This document shows positions 20,367 through 31,164 of a stretch of DNA of 64,000 bases, in pieces. The DNA is from Armatimonadota bacterium (GTDB lineage Bacteria > Armatimonadota > Fimbriimonadia > Fimbriimonadales > GBS-DC): the NCBI GenBank assembly GCA_037445735.1, contig JBBIJY010000001.1:133987-197986 (forward strand), written 5' to 3'. Positions within the stretch are counted from its first letter, which is position 1; each line of letters opens with the position of its first letter. The position numbers were made by a program, and so were the translations under genes. Below the pieces are notes generated by a model, which was not told where the DNA came from, did not search any database, and was given only the letters and a program-made list of their open reading frames with translations.

Positions 20367-21611
20367 TCATGCGCCGAACTTCTGCTGGGCGCCCATCAGC
20401 TGGGTCAGGATGGGCACGAGGTCGCACCCGCGCAGGCGTCCCAGCCCACCCCGCATGCAGGCGCGCTCGTGGAACTGCTGCACCGTATCGCCGCGCAGGT
20501 CGGGTCCCCAGATCAGCAGTGGCACAGGGTCGCCCGAATGGTCGCGCACCGAGCAGGGCGTGGAGTGGTCAGCGGTCAGCGCGATATAGAGGTCGCGACC
20601 CGCAGAATCTAATATAAGCCCCAGCATCGCGTCCATCCGCTCAATCACCTCCACCTTCTGGATGGGGTTGCCGTCGTGCCCGCAGATATCGGGCGCTTTA
20701 ACATTGCACAGCACAAAATCGTACGCCTGCAGCGCCTGCAGCAGCGTGCGCCCCATGCCTATCAGGTCGGAGTCGAGCCCGCCCGTGGTGCCGGGCGCGT
20801 GCAGGGTGTCCATGCCGACGAATCGGGCGATGCCGCGGATCAGCCCCGTTTCGACGACGGCGACGGCGCGAACGCCGTGCCGTTGGGGGAACGGCTCCAG
20901 ATGGGGCGCGACGCCTGCCCCGCGCGGCAAAATGATGTTCGCGGGCAGCAAGCCCTGCGCCACCCGCTCCCGATTGACGGGATGGTCCTTGAGCCGCTCA
21001 TAGGAGAGGCGCACGAAGGCGTTCACCACGCGCGCCGTGCGCTGGGCGGCAGGGTCATCGGGGTCGATCGGGCGACACTCAGCGACGAACTCACCCTCGG
21101 CGTGCGGGTCCACATCGGTGATGCGCGCGCTCAGTCCCTCGCCGCGCAGCACCAGCGCACCCCGATGCGCCACCGACTCCTTGAAAAAGCACTGCACGCC
21201 CTCGATCTCGACGCCGTTCAGCGCGGTCGCGAGCTGATCGGTGCCCTGTGTAATGCGTCCTGCACGGCGGTCAATCACGCGCCACTGCTCATCGACGGTG
21301 CTGAAGTTGCAGCGCAGGGCAATATCGCCCCCACGCACCTCCATGCCGATGCCCAGCGCCTCGAACGGACCGCGCCCTGTGTAAACTTTGTAGGGGTCGT
21401 AGCCTAAAATGGCGAGGTGCGCCGTGTCGGAGCCTGCGCGAATGCCAGGCGCAATCGGGTCCATCAGTCCGCACTCGCCCTCCCGCGCGAGGCGATCCAT
21501 GCAGGGCGTATGCGCGGCTTCCAGTGGCGTGCGATGTCCCAGCTCAGCCACCGGACGATCGCCCATCCCGTCGCCGATAATCAGCAACGCTTTACGCGGC
21601 ACACGGCTCAT
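20367..21611 (-). CDS. apgM: 2,3-bisphosphoglycerate-independent phosphoglycerate mutase (archaeal-type)
   Basis: DGMGD, TPLEAA.TP.MD, GSDTAHL, YTGRGPFEA, D..GHDG, TADHSTP, HSGDPVP. Confidence 0.93.
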   Translation of the reverse strand: MSRVPRKALLIIGDGMGDRPVAELGHRTPLEAAHTPCMDRLAREGECGLMDPIAPGIRAGSDTAHLAILGYDPYKVYTGRGPFEALGIGMEVRGGDIALRCNFSTVDEQWRVIDRRAGRITQGTDQLATALNGVEIEGVQCFFKESVAHRGALVLRGEGLSARITDVDPHAEGEFVAECRPIDPDDPAAQRTARVVNAFVRLSYERLKDHPVNRERVAQGLLPANIILPRGAGVAPHLEPFPQRHGVRAVAVVETGLIRGIARFVGMDTLHAPGTTGGLDSDLIGMGRTLLQALQAYDFVLCNVKAPDICGHDGNPIQKVEVIERMDAMLGLILDSAGRDLYIALTADHSTPCSVRDHSGDPVPLLIWGPDLRGDTVQQFHERACMRGGLGRLRGCDLVPILTQLMGAQQKFGA

Positions 21612-21661
21612 GCGCGAAGTATACCTCGCATGACCTGGGCATCCTGCGCAGACACCTTCTC

Positions 21662-22543
21662 TTATGCCCGAATCACCCGCACGGGGCGCAGCAGCGGCGG
21701 CAACCAGCGGGCAAGGAGCGCGATCCGCTGCTCATCCTCCATCACCAGCACATAGCCGCCAGGCGTCCACAGCGGGTTTTCCGCCTGCACGAAGTTGCCG
21801 TTCAGCAGTCGCTCCAGATAGGGTGGCGAGGGCTTCCAGCGCGGCAGGTGCGGCAGGGCGTCCGCCGGCGGGATCAGATGCGCCGCCACCGAGTCGGCAT
21901 CGGTGAACAGCTCCAGCGGCTGCGCCGCCTCCAGCGTGAAGTGCCCCACCGCGATGCGCGTGAGCTGCTTCAGGTGTGCACCTGTGCCCAGCGCGTCGCC
22001 TATATCAGATGCCAGCGTGCGTACATAGGTGCCCGCCGAACACTCTAAATAAAAAGTCGCCGTCGGGAACTCGCCTGGCTCGAAATCAAGAATCTCCAGC
22101 TGATAGATGGTGACGGTGCGGGGCGGGCGCTCCACCTCTTTGCCCTCGCGCGCCAGCTGATAGAGCCGTTTGCCCTCGATTTTCACGGCGGAATACATCG
22201 GCGGTATCTGCTCGATGCGCCCGATGAACCGCCGGGCAACCGCCTGCACCGCTTCGAGGGTGAGGTGCGGCGCAGGTATCTGTGAGAACACCTGCCCTTC
22301 GATGTCCTGTGTGGTGGTGCGGATGCCGAACTGAATGACGCCCCGATACTTTTTGGGCAGGGGCTGAATCACGGGGGTGAGGCGGGTGGCGCGTCCGAGG
22401 CAGAGAACCAGCACACCGTCCGCCATCGGGTCGAGCGTGCCCGTGTGCCCCACCTCCTTCTGGCGGGACAGTTCGCGGATGCGCTCCACCACATCGTGCG
22501 AGGTCATGCCGATGGGCTTGCAGAGGTTAAGCACGCCATCCAT
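21662..22543 (-). CDS. truB: tRNA pseudouridine(55) synthase
   Basis: KP.GMTSHDVV, GHTGTLDP, QIPPMYSAVK, CSAGTYVRTL. Confidence 0.97.
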   Translation of the reverse strand: MDGVLNLCKPIGMTSHDVVERIRELSRQKEVGHTGTLDPMADGVLVLCLGRATRLTPVIQPLPKKYRGVIQFGIRTTTQDIEGQVFSQIPAPHLTLEAVQAVARRFIGRIEQIPPMYSAVKIEGKRLYQLAREGKEVERPPRTVTIYQLEILDFEPGEFPTATFYLECSAGTYVRTLASDIGDALGTGAHLKQLTRIAVGHFTLEAAQPLELFTDADSVAAHLIPPADALPHLPRWKPSPPYLERLLNGNFVQAENPLWTPGGYVLVMEDEQRIALLARWLPPLLRPVRVIRA

Positions 22544-23508
22544 TTCTGCACCTCCTGCAGCAGCGCCTGCTCGGCGTCAGCCAGGCTCATCTCCAGCGTG
22601 CAGCCGGCAGCGTTCTCGTGCCCGCCACCGCCGAACTGCTGGGCAATCTGTGCCACATTAATCGCGCCACGACTGCGCAGGCTCACCCGAATCTTGCGGT
22701 TAGGCGATTCGCGCAGCAGCATCGCCACCTGCACGCCGTGAATGGAGCGCACGAAGTTCACGATGCCCTCGGTCTCCTCCTCGCTGGCGCCCGCCTCTTC
22801 GAACGCGCTGCGCGGGATGACCGCCCACGCAATGCGCCCATCCGCCGTGCGCTTGAGTGTGGCGAGCGCCAGCCCCAGCAGCTTGACCGCCGAAAAGGAG
22901 CGCGTTTCGAACACCTGCTCGTTGATCTCGCTGATGTTCGCGCCACAGCTTTGCAGATGCGCCGCGATGCGCAGGGTGCGCGGTGTGGTGTTCGGAAACT
23001 TGAAGGAGAAGGTGTCCGTCACGATGCCCGTGAGCAGGCAGGTCGCCATCTCCGGAGTGAGCGGGATGCGCAACGCCCGCAGCAGCCGATAGGCGATCTC
23101 GGCGGTGGCAGCCGCGCGCTCGTCCACCAGGCGCACATCGGCGAACGGCTCCTGCGCCACATGATGGTCAATCTGCAGGATGCGGCGGGCAGCGCGCACC
23201 AGCGGCTCGTGCCGCCCCGCCCGATTCAACTGGCTCATGTCGCACACCAGCGCGAGGTCATACACCGTGACGGGCTGCAGCTCGGTCGCCACCACCTCGC
23301 TGCCAGGCAGAAAGCGATAAATCTCAGGCACCGGGTCGTGGCACAGCAGGCGCACGGTGTGCTTGCGCAGAGCGCACAGCCCGTGATAGAGCGCCAGCCC
23401 ACTGCCCAGTGTGTCGCCATCCGGGTTCAGATGGCACACCACCAGACAGGTCTCCGCCTCCATGATGAGCTGCACCGCCTGCCGCAACGGGCTAATCCGC
23501 CTCGCCAT
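22504..23508 (-). CDS. nrnA: DHH/DHHA1 phosphoesterase (NrnA-like oligoribonuclease/pAp phosphatase)
   Basis: H.NPDGD, IDHH, TDT, SLRS, GGGGH.NAAG. Confidence 0.9.
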   Translation of the reverse strand: MARRISPLRQAVQLIMEAETCLVVCHLNPDGDTLGSGLALYHGLCALRKHTVRLLCHDPVPEIYRFLPGSEVVATELQPVTVYDLALVCDMSQLNRAGRHEPLVRAARRILQIDHHVAQEPFADVRLVDERAAATAEIAYRLLRALRIPLTPEMATCLLTGIVTDTFSFKFPNTTPRTLRIAAHLQSCGANISEINEQVFETRSFSAVKLLGLALATLKRTADGRIAWAVIPRSAFEEAGASEEETEGIVNFVRSIHGVQVAMLLRESPNRKIRVSLRSRGAINVAQIAQQFGGGGHENAAGCTLEMSLADAEQALLQEVQKWMACLTSASPSA

Positions 23509-24074
23509 CACGCTTATTGTACCTGTGTTCCCGCTCACAACAGACCCTTATTCTGGCTGGACTCCACCACCCGCAGATTGCGCTCGAAGACCTCTAACGG
23601 GTCGAATTCCTCCACATAGGGTGCAAAGAGGCTCAGGCAGGAACGGATATAGTCCTGTCAATCGCGGCAGTGTCCAGTGGGTTCACGCGACGGTGCCTCC
23701 AGATAGCGTCGAAAAACCGCCTGCACACGCGAAACCAGCGGTGAAGGCGTGGCGTAGCCAGACTGGTGATGGGCGCGTCCCCAGAGGGCATGATAGAGAT
23801 GAAGCGGTTCCTGGGGGGTCAGCTGGCGCAACCAGTGTGCCTTCTCGCGCTCCAGCACTGCCTGCGCCTGACGGATACCTGTCAGCCAGGCACGAAACTG
23901 CTCCCCATCAACGACAGGGCGGGGTTCCGCTTGCTCGCGCTGACGATTTGCCTCGTGTGAGTGTCGACTGGCGCCGCGCATCACATAAACGATTGTACCC
24001 CATGCGAAAAGCTTCCTCATGCACCTGCCAAACATCTGTCGAAACGGGTAAAATCTGATACGGAGGCTGTTGGA

Positions 24075-24311
24075 ATGGCACAACAGGAGCAAGAATGGCT
24101 GGTTCCCGACATGAGCTGCGAAGGGTGCGTGCGGGCAATCCAGCGGGCACTGAATGAGCTGGCAGGCGTGCAGCAGGTGACAGTTACCCTCGAAGGGAAG
24201 CGTGTGCGCGTGTTATACGACCCGGCACAGGTGGATGACAGCGCGATTGTGAGCCGTCTGCGGCAAGCTGGGTTCAGTCCGCAACTCGCATCCCCCAGGC
24301 AAGGGGAGTGA
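24075..24311 (+). CDS. Heavy-metal-associated domain protein (CopZ-like)
   Basis: DMSCEGC motif; GGAGG RBS before ATG 24075. Confidence 0.88.
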   Translation: MAQQEQEWLVPDMSCEGCVRAIQRALNELAGVQQVTVTLEGKRVRVLYDPAQVDDSAIVSRLRQAGFSPQLASPRQGE

Positions 24312-24317
24312 TGTGCA

Positions 24318-25532
24318 GTGGCAACCCAGCTCAAGCGTCAATATTGGCGGTTCCAGCGCGTCAATTTCAGCGTCTGGATGGTCGTGCTGGCATCGATCGG
24401 ATGGGGCGTGTTGCGCCATCTGCAGGGCACGCTCGACCTCACCCTCGCCCAGCTGATTACGCTCATCGTGCTGGCGATTCTGTCCGCATCTGCCCGCACA
24501 TGGGTTGGCTTGCGCGACCCGCACATCATGTACTCGTTCACCATCCCGTTAGCCACTTACGATGTCCTGCTCATCTCGGTTGCGGTGGCGATGACGGGTA
24601 AGTACGCCAGCGAGGTGTGGCTGCTCTACTTTATGCTGCTGGTGTCCGAAGCCGCGGTGATGACCACGCCGATGCTGTTCGTGATGATCGGGCTGGCGGG
24701 GCTGGGCTACGCGCTGGCGTGCTATCCCCTGCCATCAGGATTATGGATCGACTTCGGCTATCGGGTGGCGTCGCTGGGGCTGCTCTCGTGGCTGATTCAT
24801 CAGGTGCATCGCACCCACTTAGAATACAGGGCGGAGCTGGCGGAGCTGCGCGAGCGCGTGGAACTCGGTCGCGAGCGCGAACGCATCGCGCGTGAGTTCC
24901 ACGACGGGCTGGGCAGCACCCTCGTGCAGGTAATCCTGGGACTGGAGCGCGTCCGCCATGAGACCCGTTCGAACGAATCTGCCAGCCAGCAAGCCTGTCC
25001 CATCCAGGAACAGATCCAGCTGCTGCGAGCGGCGCTGGACGAGACCCGCCTGATTATTCAGCAACTGTACGCCGATGAGCACCTCGATCTGTGCCAGCGC
25101 ATCCAGCAGATGGGCAACCATGTGGCAGCGCGCCTGAATATCGAGTTCCAGTTCGAATGCCCGCAGCCGCTACCAGCGCTAAGCCCTTCACGAACGCTGA
25201 CCATCGCCCGCGTGGTGCAGGAAGCACTTAACAACATCATCAGACATGCCGCAGGCGTGCGCACCGTGCGAATCACACTCGCGCAGCAGGATAAGCAGCT
25301 CGTCGGGCGAATCGAAGATGACGGCGAGGGCTTCGATGTCTCCAGAGCGCTGCTGGGGTTCGGTCTGCGCTCGATGCAGGAGCGCATCGAAAGCCTCGGC
25401 GGGCAGTTCACCATCCAGAGCACGCCCGGCAGGGGCACCTGCATCGAGTTCAGCGTGCCCATCGAACCTGATGAAGAGGTGTCTGATGATGGAAATGCAA
25501 GAAAAGGTGCGCCTGATTATCGCGGAGGATGA
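24318..25532 (+). CDS. Membrane sensor histidine kinase (HisKA_3 type)
   Basis: Multi-TM N-terminus; ERERIAREFHD; QEALNNIIRHA; DDGEGF; GFGL. Confidence 0.92.
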   Translation: MATQLKRQYWRFQRVNFSVWMVVLASIGWGVLRHLQGTLDLTLAQLITLIVLAILSASARTWVGLRDPHIMYSFTIPLATYDVLLISVAVAMTGKYASEVWLLYFMLLVSEAAVMTTPMLFVMIGLAGLGYALACYPLPSGLWIDFGYRVASLGLLSWLIHQVHRTHLEYRAELAELRERVELGRERERIAREFHDGLGSTLVQVILGLERVRHETRSNESASQQACPIQEQIQLLRAALDETRLIIQQLYADEHLDLCQRIQQMGNHVAARLNIEFQFECPQPLPALSPSRTLTIARVVQEALNNIIRHAAGVRTVRITLAQQDKQLVGRIEDDGEGFDVSRALLGFGLRSMQERIESLGGQFTIQSTPGRGTCIEFSVPIEPDEEVSDDGNARKGAPDYRGG

Positions 25533-26148
25533 AACGCAGCTGCGGGAGCATCTGAAGGCTATTTTGATGCGCCACGATTCGCTCGACCTGCTCGGCTCCG
25601 CTGCCGATGGCGAGCAGGCAGTCCAGCTCGCGATGCAGTTCGAGCCGCAGGTGGCGTTGATGGACATCCGAATGCCCCGTATGGACGGTATCGAGGCGAC
25701 ACGCCGCATCAAAAGCGCCCTGCCAAGCGTGCAGGTGGTCATCTGGACCATCTTCGGCGATGACCAGAATGTGTTCGAGGCGATCAAGGCGGGCGCGATT
25801 GGCTACCTGCTCAAAGACAGCCCGCCTGACACGATCGTGCAGAGCATCCTCAGCGCGGCGCATGGCGAATCGATCCTGCATCCGACCGTCGCGGCGCGAA
25901 TCATTACCGAGTTCCAGCGCCAGCATGCCCAGATGCCCCAGGCTGCCCACCTGTTCGCGGAGCTAACCGCCCGCGAGCTGCAAATCCTGAAGATGATTGC
26001 TGCAGGGAAACGCAACCGCGAAATCGCCGATGAGCTGTTCATCACCGAGAAGACCGTCAAAAACTACATTTCTAACATTCTGTTCAAGTTGCAGGTGAAC
26101 TCGCGCACGGAGGCGGCGCTGCTGGCGGTGCGTGAGGGGCTGGTCTGA
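25486..26148 (+). CDS. NarL/LuxR-family response regulator
   Basis: MDIRMP, GYLLKD, LT.RE, N.EIA..L.I...TVKNY. Confidence 0.95.
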   Translation: MMEMQEKVRLIIAEDETQLREHLKAILMRHDSLDLLGSAADGEQAVQLAMQFEPQVALMDIRMPRMDGIEATRRIKSALPSVQVVIWTIFGDDQNVFEAIKAGAIGYLLKDSPPDTIVQSILSAAHGESILHPTVAARIITEFQRQHAQMPQAAHLFAELTARELQILKMIAAGKRNREIADELFITEKTVKNYISNILFKLQVNSRTEAALLAVREGLV

Positions 26149-26152
26149 AGCG

Positions 26153-27082
26153 ATGCGTGCGACCTATCTCTCGCTGCGCCCGCTGATTTTGTGGAAGCAG
26201 GTGGCACGCCCGCTGGACTGGGTGGCGATTTTCGGGCGCGACGCGCCCCGCGAGCTGGAAATCGGCTTCGGGAATGGCGACTATCTGGTCGCCCGCGCCC
26301 GCCAGCACCCTGAACGCGACTTTGTGGGCATCGAGATCGAGTGGGAGAGCGTTCAGCGCACGCTGCGCCGCATCGCGCAGGCACAGGCGCCCAACATCCG
26401 CCTGCTGCTGGGCGACGCAACGCCCATCCTCCATCGCGCCATCCCGCCCGAATCGTTCACCCGCATCTATTCGCTCTTCCCCTGCCCCTGGCCCAAAAAG
26501 CATCACCACAAATATCGCCTCTTCAGCCAGTCGTTTCTACAACTGCTCAACAGCCGCCTGCAGGCGAACGGCGAGGTGCAGGTGGTCACCGACCACGCCG
26601 ACTATTTCAGCTGGGTGTTGAGCCAGATTACCGACACGGGCTTTGTGGCTTACGCGCGCACGCTGCCGCCCAGCTTCGGCACCAAGTACGAGCGCAAGTG
26701 GCTCGCTGGCGGACAGACGATTTTCTATGAGCTGACCCTGCGCCGTGTGGAGCCGATACCCATGCCGTTGAAGGAGGATGTGCCGATGCAGACCCATCGT
26801 GTACCCCATTTTGACCCCGACACCCTGCAGCTGAGGGATCAATCGGAGCCCGTGCATGTGCATTTCAAAGCGATGCTGTACGACCCGCGCCGTCAGGTGG
26901 CAATGGTGCGCGTGGTGGTGGTGGAAGAGGACCTCACCCAGCACTTCTGGATAGAGATCACTCACACGCCACAGGGCTGGCACATTCGCCCGGCGCAGGG
27001 CTGCGGCGTGGTGCCAACAGTGGGCGTTCAGCAGGCTTTGGATGCCGTGCGCGATGCCTGTCTTCAACAGGTAAACTCCTGA
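26153..27082 (+). CDS. trmB: tRNA (guanine-N7)-methyltransferase with C-terminal extension
   Basis: LEIGFGNG, FPCPWPKK.H, TD...Y, TKYERKW. Confidence 0.9.
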   Translation: MRATYLSLRPLILWKQVARPLDWVAIFGRDAPRELEIGFGNGDYLVARARQHPERDFVGIEIEWESVQRTLRRIAQAQAPNIRLLLGDATPILHRAIPPESFTRIYSLFPCPWPKKHHHKYRLFSQSFLQLLNSRLQANGEVQVVTDHADYFSWVLSQITDTGFVAYARTLPPSFGTKYERKWLAGGQTIFYELTLRRVEPIPMPLKEDVPMQTHRVPHFDPDTLQLRDQSEPVHVHFKAMLYDPRRQVAMVRVVVVEEDLTQHFWIEITHTPQGWHIRPAQGCGVVPTVGVQQALDAVRDACLQQVNS

Positions 27083-27097
27083 TTGAGGGAGTCTATC

Positions 27098-28147
27098 ATG
27101 AGTGATGAACTACTGCCGGGTGCTTATGTCGAACTGCTGGAGGAGCTGAAGCAGCGTATCCGTGTGGCGCGCATACGGGCTGCGCTGAGTGTGAATCGAG
27201 AGCTTATCCGCCTCTACTGGGAGATTGGCAGGGCAATTCTGGAGCGCCAGAAAGAACATGGCTGGGGTGCCAAAGTAGTCAGCCAGCTGGCAGCCGATTT
27301 GCGCCGTGAGTTTCCAGACATGCGAGGACTTTCGCGCGCTAATCTGTTTTACATGCGTGCGTTTGCCGAAGCCTACCCGGATGAGGAATTTGTCCAACAG
27401 GTTGTTGGACAATTGCCATGGGGGCACAATATCATTATTTTCACCAGACTGAAAGACCCTGCTCTGCGCGAGTGGTATATCCGTGCCTGCATCGAATACG
27501 GCTGGAGTCGAGCAGTGCTGGAGGCTCAAATCGAGACCCGGCTCCACGAGCGTAAGGGGCGTGCCCTTACCAACTTTACGGCTTCACTCCCTGCCCCACA
27601 ATCCGAGTTAGCCCAGCAACTGATGAAAGACCCCTACGCACTTGAGTTCATCGCTGCGCACGAGGCTCTTAGAGAACGCGAGCTGCATGCCAAACTGCTG
27701 GAACGCTTGCGCGACTTCATGCTGGAGCTGGGAGCTGGGTTTGCTTTCGTTGGCAGCCAGTACCCCATCGAGGTTGGTGGCGAAGAGTTCTATATTGATA
27801 TGCTTTTTTATCATCTTCACCTCCGCTGCTATGTGGTGGTGGAATTGAAAACCACGCCGTTCAAGCCAGAATATGCAGGCAAGCTTAACTTTTACCTTTC
27901 CGTTGTGGATGACAAGTTGCGCCAGCCTGCTGACAACCCTTCCATCGGCATTCTGCTCTGCAAAGGCAGGAATCGAGTGGTGGTGGAGTACGCCATTCGC
28001 GACATAAATAAGCCGATGGGCGTAGCCGAGTACCGCCTTGGCGAGGCTTTGCCAGAGCATCTGCGCTCGACCCTTCCCACAGTAGAGCAGTTAGAGGCGG
28101 AACTCCAGCGGCTGGAGGCTCCACCGGAGGTGGAAGACGAATCGTGA
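27098..28147 (+). CDS. DUF1016/YhcG PD-(D/E)XK nuclease-domain protein
   Basis: [36 protein letters not shown]...[18 protein letters not shown]. Confidence 0.92.
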   Translation: MSDELLPGAYVELLEELKQRIRVARIRAALSVNRELIRLYWEIGRAILERQKEHGWGAKVVSQLAADLRREFPDMRGLSRANLFYMRAFAEAYPDEEFVQQVVGQLPWGHNIIIFTRLKDPALREWYIRACIEYGWSRAVLEAQIETRLHERKGRALTNFTASLPAPQSELAQQLMKDPYALEFIAAHEALRERELHAKLLERLRDFMLELGAGFAFVGSQYPIEVGGEEFYIDMLFYHLHLRCYVVVELKTTPFKPEYAGKLNFYLSVVDDKLRQPADNPSIGILLCKGRNRVVVEYAIRDINKPMGVAEYRLGEALPEHLRSTLPTVEQLEAELQRLEAPPEVEDES

Positions 28148-29160
28148 GCGTTGATCTCCGATCCGATACCGTGACGAAGCCCACGCCCGCTATGCGTCAG
28201 GCGATGGCAGACGCCGAAGTGGGCGACGATGTGTTCGGCGAAGACCCCACGGTCAATCGCCTGCAGGAGATGGCAGCGGAACTGCTGGGGCACGAAGCCG
28301 CGCTCTTTGTGCCCAGCGGCACGATGGCGAACGAAATCGCCATCAAGGTCTGGACCCAGCCTGGCGACGCCGTGCTGGTGGACGCCGAGAGCCATATCCT
28401 GCACTACGAGCTGGCAGGTCCAGCGGTGCTGTCGGGCGTGCTGCTGGAGCCGTACCCCATCACGCGCGGAAAGATTGACCCCGCTGAAATCGAGGCGCGC
28501 ATCCGCGTTGCCGATGATCATACGCCCGGCACGACGCTGCTCTGCCTGGAAAACACCCACAACCGCTGTGGCGGCACGATTCTGCCACCAGAGCAGTTTC
28601 AGGCAATCTGTCGGCTGGCGCATCGGCGTGGGTTGATGGTGCATTTAGATGGGGCGCGGCTATTTAATGCAGCCGTCGCGCTGGGCGTCTCGCCGCAGGT
28701 GTGGACACGCCATGTCGACTCGGCGTTCTTCGCGCTTTCCAAAGGGCTATGTTGCCCTGTGGGTTCGGTGCTGGTCGGCTCGCGCGAGTTCATTCGTGAG
28801 GCGCATCGGGTGCGCAAGCTGTTCGGGGGCGGCATGCGGCAGGCAGGCGTGCTGGCGTCGGCGGGCATCGTCGCGTTACAAACAATGATTGAACGCCTTG
28901 CCGAAGACCATCGCCGCGCTCGCCAGCTGGCGGAAGCGATTGCTGAACTGCCAGGCTTCGAAGTCGACCTGGAAACCGTTCAGACCAATATCGTTTTTGT
29001 GCGCACGGCGCGTCCCGCCCCCCAGGTGGAGCAGCAGCTCGCCAGGCAGGGCGTGCTGACCATCGCGCTCGATCCGCACCGCCTGCGCCTCGTCACGCAC
29101 CACGATGTGGACGATGCAGGCATTGACTACGCCATCCGCGCGTTCCAGCAGCTCGGGTAA
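28144..29160 (+). CDS. ltaE: Low-specificity L-threonine aldolase
   Basis: [47 protein letters not shown]. Confidence 0.95.
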   Translation: MSVDLRSDTVTKPTPAMRQAMADAEVGDDVFGEDPTVNRLQEMAAELLGHEAALFVPSGTMANEIAIKVWTQPGDAVLVDAESHILHYELAGPAVLSGVLLEPYPITRGKIDPAEIEARIRVADDHTPGTTLLCLENTHNRCGGTILPPEQFQAICRLAHRRGLMVHLDGARLFNAAVALGVSPQVWTRHVDSAFFALSKGLCCPVGSVLVGSREFIREAHRVRKLFGGGMRQAGVLASAGIVALQTMIERLAEDHRRARQLAEAIAELPGFEVDLETVQTNIVFVRTARPAPQVEQQLARQGVLTIALDPHRLRLVTHHDVDDAGIDYAIRAFQQLG

Positions 29161-29182
29161 TATAACTGCGGAGGTTATCTGG

Positions 29183-30109
29183 ATGGAGAGCAACAGCATA
29201 CCGCATGGGTCAGGGACTGTCAAGCGAAATGGCAGATTGCTCGCTTTTGGCTGGTATGGTGGCAAGTTCAGCCATCTTGACTGGCTTCTGCCCCTATTGC
29301 CGCCCGCGCACCACTATTGTGAACCTTTCGGTGGTTCGGCTGCCGTGCTGCTCAATCGCGAGCCGTCGCCAGTGGAAACCTACAACGATATCGACGGCGA
29401 GGTGGTGAACTTCTTCCGCGTCCTGCGCGACCAGCCCGATGAACTGATTCGCCTGATTGCTCTCACACCCTTTTCACGCAGAGAGTTAGAAATCGCCTGC
29501 AGTCCTGCGAATGAAGAGCTATCTGATCTCGAACGCGCGCGGCGCTTCTATGTGCGCGCCTGCCAGACTCGTACTGGATTAGCACAAACCGCCTCGCCCG
29601 GTCGCTGGGCATATTGCGTCGCCACCAGCCGTGCAGGGATGGCAGGTGCTATCTCACGCTGGTTTGGCGGCATCGAAGAACTATTTCACATCGCCGACCG
29701 TTTGCTTCGCGTCCAGATCGAAAACCTGTCAGCCATCGAGGTCATTCAAAAATATGATAGCGAGGATACGCTCTTTTATTGCGATCCACCCTATGTTCAT
29801 GAGGTGAGGGGCGATCGAAGCGCGTATGCCTACGAAATGAGCGATCAGGAACATATTCAGCTGGCAGAAGTTTTACATAGTGTCAGGGGTAAGGTCGCGC
29901 TTTCTGGCTATCGCTGTGAATTGATGGATCACCTCTACCGCGATTGGTTCTGCATCGAGGCACCACCGCGAATTTGCCACTCTATCAAGAAGGTTCGACA
30001 GGAGGTTCTCTGGACCAACTACGACCCGCAGGAGGCTATCCGATGGAACCAGATCAAATCCTCGAAGAGTGTTACAAAGAGGCATCAACTCGACTTGATC
30101 AACCCCTGA
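29183..30109 (+). CDS. Dam-like DNA adenine methyltransferase
   Basis: WYGGK, EPFGGS.AV, YNDID, YCDPPY. Confidence 0.92.
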   Translation: MESNSIPHGSGTVKRNGRLLAFGWYGGKFSHLDWLLPLLPPAHHYCEPFGGSAAVLLNREPSPVETYNDIDGEVVNFFRVLRDQPDELIRLIALTPFSRRELEIACSPANEELSDLERARRFYVRACQTRTGLAQTASPGRWAYCVATSRAGMAGAISRWFGGIEELFHIADRLLRVQIENLSAIEVIQKYDSEDTLFYCDPPYVHEVRGDRSAYAYEMSDQEHIQLAEVLHSVRGKVALSGYRCELMDHLYRDWFCIEAPPRICHSIKKVRQEVLWTNYDPQEAIRWNQIKSSKSVTKRHQLDLINP

Positions 30110-31164
30110 TTACAAATTCTGCGGAGGTGAAGCTGATAGAGCAGATATGCCGAAGCTCTACTCGTGCGCCCATGCGCGCCTTGCTGGCATGTTTACTGGC
30201 AAAGGTTCATCGCCTGCAACTGGATATCCGCAAGCCGTACACCGAGATTGGAACTGACGATTCGTACTCCGGGCGTACCTATGAGGAACGCTATATTACC
30301 CCGTTCATTTATCGCTATGATCTTCCCTGTAATCCGACCACGGCATTTTTGACGCCCGCTTTTCGCACATTCAATCAACCACTTGAACCCGATGCTCGGC
30401 TATCTGGTAAACCGCGCGAGCCATATGATGCCTTCATTAGCCTGTTGCAACTGGTGCAAAATGGCTTGCTGGATGCGAAAGCGCTCCTCACAGAGGTAAT
30501 CCGACAGCTTATCTTGTTAAAAAAAGAACAACAACAGCAAATAAGTTTACTAAGCCAGAGAGCCAATGCCAGAGGTGAACTTTCGGCAGAATCTATTATA
30601 CAAATTGTAAGCCAGCATTTAGAATCAAGGCGCTCAAGTCGTTTACCGGTGCTTTTGATAACCGCTGCATATGATGTCGCACAGGAATATCTGCGCAAGC
30701 GTCCGAAGCCTCTACAACCTCATACTGCAGCTGATATTCGGGCAGGCACAATTGGTGACCTGGAGATAGAATCTGCAACCGACAACCGACTGACTATTGT
30801 ATACGAGATGAAAGCCCGTCGAATAACAACTGCCGATATCGATAGAGCGGTGCAAAAGGTTACTGAATCTGCCAATAAAATCGATCAATATGTGATTGTA
30901 ACAACGGTTCCTGTAGGAACCGTCGCGCATGAACATGCTAAAAAACTTTCAGAAAAATTTAAAATTGAATTTATGATTTTAGATTGTTTTCAATTCATAA
31001 AATATTTTATTCATTTACTTTATGAATTGAGAATGAATTTTTTAAACAGATACGAACAGCTGCTGCAGCAGGAGCCTGAGAGTGCTGTGAGCCACGAACT
31101 CAAACGAAAGTTTCTTGAACTTCGCGCATCTGTTCAACCGTCATCTGGGACTGGAGATGATTGA
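30043..31164 (+). CDS. Putative type II restriction endonuclease (SacI-family-like)
   Basis: Overlaps the MTase; HTAAD...IGDLEI...YEMK PD-(D/E)XK-like core; AT-rich 3' part. Confidence 0.7.
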   Translation: MEPDQILEECYKEASTRLDQPLITNSAEVKLIEQICRSSTRAPMRALLACLLAKVHRLQLDIRKPYTEIGTDDSYSGRTYEERYITPFIYRYDLPCNPTTAFLTPAFRTFNQPLEPDARLSGKPREPYDAFISLLQLVQNGLLDAKALLTEVIRQLILLKKEQQQQISLLSQRANARGELSAESIIQIVSQHLESRRSSRLPVLLITAAYDVAQEYLRKRPKPLQPHTAADIRAGTIGDLEIESATDNRLTIVYEMKARRITTADIDRAVQKVTESANKIDQYVIVTTVPVGTVAHEHAKKLSEKFKIEFMILDCFQFIKYFIHLLYELRMNFLNRYEQLLQQEPESAVSHELKRKFLELRASVQPSSGTGDD

